From Vitrella brassicaformis CCMP3155 (lineage: Eukaryota > Protista > Chromerida): a stretch of 64,000 bases of DNA. The stretch lies in the NCBI GenBank assembly GCA_001179505.1, contig CDMY01000410.1, forward strand, positions 1 to 64,000, given 5' to 3'. A model generated the notes under the pieces. That model was not told the DNA's origin. It searched no databases and worked only from the letters and a program-made list of their open reading frames with translations. How positions within the stretch are numbered: the stretch's first letter is position 1; the number at the start of each line of letters is the position of its first letter. Below are positions 56,701 through 64,000 of the stretch, one piece after another. A program made the translations under genes and the position numbers.

Positions 56701-59700
56701 CGGAGACCTTCTCGATGGGCGTCAACATGCCCGCCAAGACGGTGGTCTTCACAAGCATCAAGAAGTGGGACGGGCAGGAGTTCAGGTGGATCAACAGCGG
56801 TAATTAAAGCAAAGCAATGATCTCACACACATCTGGACACCTGTGAGATCCTGTCCACCTCTCTGTCTGTTGGTGTGTTCAGGTGAGTACATTCAGATGA
56901 GTGGCCGGGCGGGCAGGAGAGGCCTCGATGACAGAGGTGAGGCGGGCAGGGAGGGAGGAATGCGATAGATGCATGCGCGTGGAGATGAGGCATATCATGT
57001 CATGCGCCGGATGAATGCTGTGTGGCTTGAAGGTTTCACGATCCTGATGTTTGACGAGCAAGTTGAGCCCGAGACGGCCAAGGGCATGTTCACAGGCCAG
57101 GCACTCAGACTCGACAGCCAATTCCACCTAGGGTGGGTACACACAACACAACACAGCACACACCACGGCTGGCTGCTCACTAGCTAAGAAGAGACCTGCA
57201 GGCTGTTCGTCCATCTCTCTCCTGTGTGTGTCAATCAGTTACAACATGTTGTTGAACCTGATGCGCGTGGAGGGCGCCGACCCCGAATACATGATACAGA
57301 GGAGCTTCTACCAGTTCCAAAGAGACAAGTCAGGGAGGGACCTGACTGACCAGCCTACACACACACACACACCCCGACAGACAGGTGTGGATGTGTTCAT
57401 GTCACGACCCCTGTGTGTGCCAGGCGTGCTTTGGGCATCCAGGAGCTCTGCAAGAAGCTCAAGGAAGAGGTCAACAGACGCACAAGCGCATACAGAGATA
57501 CTGTGAGGGAGACGACGATCTGTGTGTGTGTGTGTGTGTGTGTGAAGGCTGAGGGCATGGAGGACATCGTCCCGCTTATCGAGATGCCCGAAGGTCACAC
57601 ACACACACACACACACATACAACAGACACACGCCACGCCACGTCACGTCAGGCAATGGATGTACTGCACGCGATTGCTGTGCTGTCATGCGTCGTCAGGT
57701 GTGGCGCTTCCCGACATCGACGTGAACAGGTCTGTCGCCGAGTACCACAAGCTCACCGAACGCCAAAACGCCCTCAGGTGGGAATGATGGACGATGAAAT
57801 CGCCCACACCACACCACAGCCACCTGCTTCTCACATGGGGGGTATATGTCTGGTGTGTGTGTCAGGGAGACTTACCGGTCGATCGTCATGCTCCCGGAGA
57901 ACATATCAAGATACATGCAGACAGGTAAGTAAGATCACCCCTTACCCCCCACACCCACCGACCCACACACACACACACACACACTCCTCCGCCCCTGCCC
58001 TGTCTGTGTGTCAGGCCGGATGGTGCATGTGGTCGACCAGGACGGCGTCGACTGGGGCTGGGGCATCGTTGCCGGCGCCGTCCGCAGGCCTCACAAGACG
58101 GCAGCAGCAGCAGCCCGTGACAGCAGCGGCAGCAGCAACCACCAGCAGCAGCAGCAGCAGTCATCCTCAGGCGAGTTCATCGTGGACGTGCTGCTCGAGT
58201 GCGACCTCAGGTCGACACAGACGGTCAGTGCGGTTCGGAAGCCGACGCCGGCGCGGGCAGGTCAGGAGAGAGTGGTGGAGGTGATGCCCGTGTCGGACAG
58301 CTGCATCCACGGCGTGGCCAAGATGCGGGCCAACCTCGGCGACATCAACTACAAAGAGGCCTCGGGCAGAGCTCATGTGAGTCCGTTGGGGGACCGGTGG
58401 GTGTGCGGGGGAGTGCTATGCGTGGGGATCGATCCTCTCTGTTGGTTTGTGTGCGTGTGTGTGTGTGTGTGTTAGGCGAAGATCACTATGGAGAAGATCC
58501 GGGAGCGTTTTGACGGCTCCCCTCCGCTGCTGGACCCCATCAGCGAGATGGGGCTCGACGGCATCACACTCCAACCTACCATTGAGTGAGTGAGAGAGGG
58601 AGAAGTGCATTGAGAGGGGGGAGGGGGACAGTGACGGCGGCCGTGCGTCACATACATACTCATGTGTGTGGTCTCCATTCATTCAGCAAGCTGAAGCAGT
58701 GCGAGAGCGACATCGCCAGCCATCCGCTGCACAACCACCCCCTCCTCGACAAGCTGCTCGACAAGTGCACACACACACACACACACACCATCAGCCCCAC
58801 CACACGCGCCGCGCCCACTCATCGTCCATGTGGCTGGCTGCTCTGCAGGTACCGTGAGCGCCTCGATCGGGAGGAGCAGGTCCGCGGCCTCGAGACGGAG
58901 CTGGCGGGCCACCGGTACCTCGTCATGAAGGACGACCTTCGGGCCATGCGCAAGGTGCTCAAGCGGCTGCAGTACGTCGATAAGGACGGCGTCGTGACGC
59001 TCAAGGGGCGGGTGGCGTGCGAGATCACCACCACCGAGGAACTGGTCGTCACAGAGCTGCTCTTCAGGAACACTTTCCAGACTATGGAGGTCCATAAGCA
59101 CACACAGAGAGAGGGAGGGAGGGAGGGAGGGAGAGGGAGGGAGGGAGAGGGGGATGAATGACACACGCGTCATGTGTGTGTGTGTGTGTGTGTGGTGTGT
59201 GTCAGGCTGACCACATGGTGGCGACGTTGAGTGCGCTGTGTTTTGACGAGAAGATCGAGGACCATGTCGACCTGCACCCTGAGCTCGCCAAGGGGTTCGA
59301 CCAGATCAAGGTGGGCGGGCGTCCCGTCCATCCATCCCCACCCACCTGCCCTGCGTCCGTGTGCTCATCGGGACTCTGTGTGTCCTGGCATGGCCTGGAT
59401 GCCATCCTGCCTGCAGGAGGTGGCCAAGATGACAGCTGAGGTGTCGGCCGAGAGCAAGCTGCCCATCAAAGTCGACGAGTACCTCGAGAAATTCAAACCA
59501 AACGTCTGAACACACAGACACACGCGCGAACAACACACGCAGCCCCTGTCGCTGAACAAGCCAAGCCACATTTTTGTCTGTCCACATGTGTGTGTGTGTG
59601 TGTTTAGTTGATGCCTGTGGTGCTTCGGTGGATGCGCGGCGAGAGTTTCAAGGACGTCATCGACGGCACCGGGCTGTTCGAGGGGTCCGTCATCAGAGGG

Positions 59701-60020
59701 ATGCGGTCAGACACTTCCACACACGCACGCACTGCCCCACCCTCCCTCCCTGTCTGATGCTCTGTCGGTCTGTCCGTCGGCGATTCGCTGCCATGCCGTC
59801 TATTCTATCACCAGGCGACTTGAGGAGCTGCTGAGACAGCTGGCCGCTGCGTCCAAGGCCATCGGTGCGCCACACACAGAGCCACTGATGGGTGTCCGCA
59901 TGTGTGTGGATGGAGTATGTATGTGTGTGTGCAGGCAACGACGAGATGGAGGCCAAGATGCGGGAGGGCGTTACCAAGCTGAGGAGGGGCATTGTGTTCG
60001 CCGCATCGCTGTATTTGTGA
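53775..60020 (+). CDS. MTR4: Ski2-like DExH RNA helicase MTR4 (exosome/TRAMP cofactor)
   Basis: LDPFQ...[105 protein letters not shown]-terminal [10 protein letters not shown]. The short N-terminus and arch/KOW segment fit MTR4 rather than Ski2. Confidence 0.97.
55099..55398. other. Assembly gap (300 N), inside an MTR4 intron
   Basis: Run of n. Confidence 0.99.
56381..56454 (+). tRNA. tRNA-Ile(UAU), intronless, nested in an MTR4 intron
   Basis: Full cloverleaf: acceptor GCTCCCT/AGGGAGC, D-arm GCTC-AGTTGGTTA-GAGC, anticodon stem CGAGT/GCTCG with loop CT-TAT-GA (anticodon 56415-56417), T-arm GACGG-TTCGAGC-CCGTC. A TTTT Pol III terminator follows immediately. Confidence 0.95.
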
Positions 60021-60443
60021 GCACGACGGGACGGGATGGGGGCATGGGGGACACACAACACATGGACGGACGGACGGCTGATGAGGGAGGGTGCTGTGCT
60101 GGACTCGTTCGATCCGTCCACTGGTTAAATGGGTATAAAACGTCCTTCCTAGTCACTAGACACACATGCACTTATATAGAAAGGGGCACACATGCACTGC
60201 ACACCGACTAAACACACACACAGACACAGACAGCATACAAATAAGACACACACGATCTTTAGATTAGAGGGATGGATGCATTCGGACGACATACATACAT
60301 ACGGTCACCAATAAAGTACACACACGCACACACCGTCGAAGCATCTCGCGCATCGCCGCCACGCCATCGGTCAAAATCAGCCCGCCAGGGCGGGCCGTCT
60401 GCCTATCTACACAAAAGTAATGAATTGAACGGTCAGGATGGCC

Positions 60444-61825
60444 TCACCAGACGACCGCATCGATGGCCGGGCACGTCAGCACCAAAAAGGCGCCTGCGCA
60501 CACAACACATCCCGACACACAATACCCATCCATCCATCCGTCATTCCCTCACCTCACCCACCTGTGCGAGGCATGTATCGCAGAACGGCCCTCATGACGC
60601 ACCTCGCCACTCCCCGGTTGCTTCCCTCATGCCGATGGGCCACATGCGCATTCACAGGGCTGCCGTCGACGGTGCTTGAGACGGTCGAGATGGAGGGGCT
60701 GGCCAACGGCTTGCTGGCCATCGGCACTGCCCGCGGCGCAGCTGCTGGGATCTGCTGCTGCCTGGGGGCCTTGCGTATCGACTGCGCCACTACCCAAAGC
60801 AGCCATATGAAGGCCTGAATGAGATAGATGAGAGCACAACGCGTGTGTCTGTGTCCGTGTGTGTGAGAGAGAGTGTAGTGTGTATCTCTGCCTGCTTACA
60901 TCGTCATTTGATGGCGCGTGTGGGTGGTTGCTGGCAGCGTCGATGCTGACAGTGACGGGCAGCTCACATGACCGGCACTGACCCACCAGCACCAACACGC
61001 GCTTCATCCACCACCACCCATTCCCTGGCCCATGCCCCACCTCAACCACACTCAAAGCAGCCCTCAGCTGCCGACCCACCAGCCACTTGTCGAACCGGAC
61101 GACGCCAACCAGGCCATGTGACTCCGTTGCGGCCACCAGTGGCTCCATGTGGGCATCCCTGACCCAGCTGCCGCACCGGCAGAGTCGACACATGCTGCGG
61201 CCGTCCAGCAGAGTGAACAGTCGCCGGATGATGGATGTGGGCAGCTGGTGAACAGACGCATGGAGGGTGTCGGGACTGGGGGAGCTGCTTGGTAGAGGGG
61301 CGCTTGATGGCCTCAGCAGGACGAACCTCGGCAGCACACCTGCACACAGCACAGCCACACAAAGGCACATGCATGACACACAGACACACACGCCGCCCGT
61401 GTGTCAGTCACTGCTGTCACTTACCGAACTCGTCAAGGATAGAGAAGCATCCCTTCGGGAGGCTTTGCACATCGTGATTACCTGGCAATGATCACATCAC
61501 ATACACACACATGGCATGGCAACAGACATGTGGTATGTCAGTCATCACAGCAGACAGACATGTGGTGTGGTCAGACACTGAGTACCATCGAAAGGTTCCC
61601 ACAAGACGGTCCCATTGCGTGCCCCAGAGACGACGTACTTGTAGTGAATACGTCCTGCGGCGGGCAGCAGCACCTCGGTGGAATTCCAGACGGGGAAACT
61701 GTCGCCATCTGTTGTCAGCACCACTGCTTTGCGAGTGTCCCAGCTGCCCAGTGCATCGTGACTCCCAACGACGCCAAGCCGGTCACCTGCATGACAGTGG
61801 GCAGCGCAGCGTGCCACAGATCCAT
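60444..61825 (-). CDS. CBM20 + F-box-like + family-core domain protein (diverged fifth member; start region possibly frameshifted)
   Basis: CBM20 (GDRLGVVGSHDALGSWD...FPVWNSTEV...IHYKYVV...LWEPFDG|NHDV) splices in frame to VHQLPTSIIRRLFTLLDGRSMCRLCRCGSW. The following GLVGVVRFDKWL...AALSVVEVG..GWWWMKRVL...CELPVTV aligns with family GLGGVVRFGDKL...KAMWVVEEGG..GW...CQLPVIV. The nearest ATG (61825) is 1 nt out of frame with the CBM20. Confidence 0.65.
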
Positions 61826-62024
61826 CACATATAGATCATCCTGTGTGCAGCCAGCGAGTCTGACAGCTGGGTGAACCAACCGGGTTGCGTGATTGTGCAT
61901 TTGCACTGAAAGGTCAGCGATGTGGTCCCTGAGCCACGCACCATGAGGCGGCACCGCCCTCATTCGCGAGCTCAAGCTTGCGACGAGGCAAGGGTAGCGC
62001 ACAACAACAGCGGCAAAGGCAGCC

Positions 62025-63414
62025 ATGATGAGAGAGCCGCAGGTGGCTCCTCTTTCTGCAGCCGCTGCGGCAAGTACCGAAGCACCCGGCACTGAGTTGC
62101 AGGAGGACAAAGCGGACGAGGCTGAGCAGCAGGAGGCATGCCAAGATCCCAAGCTCAACACCAACAAGCGGCCGAGGCTGTCTACACCACAGCAGATGCA
62201 CCCCACATGCGGCAAGATTGCCAGCAACATCGTCCCTCCCTTCCTCGCCCATCCCTATCATCATGCCCCTGGCGCCCAGGCAGCAGCGTCAGCAGCAGCA
62301 GCTGCCGCTGCGGCCTCCATTTTGCCGCCCGAGATCTTCGGCATGCATCCCATGGGTGGTCTGGTGAGTGAGGCCGAGAACGTACTGGTCGTGGCTGCTC
62401 TGGCCGAGGAGCGGCGGAAGAACCAGCAGCTGAGGGCCCGCGTGAGAGAGCTGGAGGGGCAAGGTGAACACAGACCATTCACATGACAGGGAGAGGGAAT
62501 GGGCGGGCCATCTGTGACTTTCGTGTGTCAGTTGAGGAGCTCAAGCAGCGTCTGCACATGATGATGTCGAGCCGGTCGCGTGACGACCAAGCGATAGAGG
62601 AGGCCACCAAGCGGTTCCAGTCGCTGCACTTCTCGACCGTCCTCTGCGACCTCACAATGAGAGATTGCCCTATGGTGAGGATCGAGGAATGGGTGCAGCA
62701 CTGCAGTGGACAGCGTGAACATGCACCATGACGGCCGGTTGTTTGTGTGTCTGCACACAAGGTGGCGGTGAGCAAGGGATTCTGCGAGTTGACGGGCTAT
62801 GAGCCGTGGCAGCTGATAGGTACACACACTTAATACATGGACATCGATCATCCCATGTGCTGTGCGGGGGATTCTGCCTGCAGGGGTCAATTGCCGGCTG
62901 CTACAGTGCGACCAGACGTCGACGGAGACGGTAAGAGAGATCCATGACTACGTCGACCGACTCAAAAACGCCACAACTGTACAGATGCATGAGGACCTCG
63001 TGGTGAGTGACAGAGACAGACAGACAGACAGAGAGAGAGTAGGGAAGGCTTCGATACTGCATATTCTGTTTTTGCGCTTGTGTGCCTATCTGGGTGTGCG
63101 CATGTCAGGTGACGATCTTGAATCAGCGTCGCGACAAGAGTACCTTCACGAATCTGCTGCACATCTCGCCCATCTTTCTGGGCGGAAAGCTGTACCTCAT
63201 CGGCGTCCAGTCGGACGTCACCGGCTGCAAAGACGACATCGACACGCACAACAAAACCACCAAGACACTCATCAGAGAGGTAACACTGGGGCGCCCAGCG
63301 ACCTCTCTGCTGATCGATCTATCCATTCATCTGTTGCTGTGTGCTTTGTGTGTGGTTCAGGTGATCAAGCAACTATTTGAGGCGGGAATTCCTCAGAGTG
63401 AGCTCTGCATCTGA
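62025..63414 (+). CDS. Leucine-zipper + LOV (PAS) blue-light sensor protein (6 exons)
   Basis: Zipper LRARVRELEGQ|VEELKQRL, then LOV: STVLCDLTMRDCPM|VAVSKGFCELTGY...|GVNCRLLQ (Cys codon 62892-62894)...ILNQRRDKSTFTNLLHISP...YLIGVQSDVT. Confidence 0.9.
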
Positions 63415-64000
63415 CCTGAAGGCCCGGCGATCGAACGGACAAGACCTACGTGCGTGTGTGCGGCGTGTCTGTGTGTGTATAATGGCGTGTATGTGTATAT
63501 TACGGTGGGTGGTCTGTTCTGCAATGCATACTGAGCACGTGTGGGGGCCCTGCGCTGTGTGCCAGTGGTACTCGCTCGGGGGCCATTTGGGGAATACCAT
63601 CCGGATCAATGCACACACCATTCATGCATACGTCCATGTGGGCCGACTGAGCTCTTTTGATTGGCGTGACGTCTAGGGGTGTGTGCACGTCACCTGTCTG
63701 CGTGTCCGCGATAGATGGACAGTCGGCCACCCACCCACCCACCCACCCACCCACCACACCAGACCACACACCACACCACACCACATCGCATCTGTCTCCT
63801 CTCCTTTTTGAAGCACCTACGGAGTCCATCCATGTGAGCGTTTTTGGCGAGTGAGTGAGTCGGGAGTGTCGCAGTGTGTCGGTCAGCGAGCAAGAGAGGA
63901 GAGGCAGTCCGACTTTGTTGACACAAGCAGCATACACACACAAAAGATAGATTCATCCATATACAGAGGAGGGGAGAGAGTTGCGCGTGCATGTGTGCGT

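Noticed and set aside
62025-63414. Calling the LOV gene an aureochrome
   Set aside because: The bZIP basic region (N-x7-R-x9-L pattern) is absent, so it is reported as zipper-LOV.
63430-64000. Possible terminal exons of a minus-strand gene beyond the window
   Set aside because: Only splice-like signals and short frames with no recognisable motif; insufficient support.

Overview
Eukaryotic, GC-rich, intron-dense nuclear DNA with four 300-N assembly gaps. The intron style (CA/TG, CAGA/TCTG and GATG/CATC microsatellites) and a gene content mixing plastid-targeted proteins, cytosolic glucan enzymes and apicomplexan-like adhesion domains point to a chromerid alga such as Vitrella brassicaformis; this is inference, not a database match. 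About 20 spliced genes could be reconstructed by hand: a 5'-truncated sushi/LamG-like surface protein, a mitochondrial carrier, phosphoglucan water dikinase, a FYR+WW+B-box protein, a KH protein, an ankyrin protein, XRCC4-like, two coiled-coil hypotheticals, a plant-type D-amino-acid transaminase/ADC lyase, DUF2358, two tandem CreA-family genes, BTB-TLDc, F-box-TPR, an atypical CDC6, MTR4 (with a tRNA-Ile(UAU) in one intron) and a leucine-zipper+LOV blue-light sensor. Interspersed are five members of an F-box-like gene family: one intact, three disabled and one diverged member fused to a CBM20 starch-binding module. Main leads: (1) introns bracketed by complementary (CA)n...(TG)n repeats; (2) the CBM20-F-box-like fusion and its birth-and-death family; (3) the zipper-LOV protein lacking a basic region; (4) an in-frame DUF2358-to-CreA splice; (5) eight head-to-head gene pairs. 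Exon boundaries are manual predictions.
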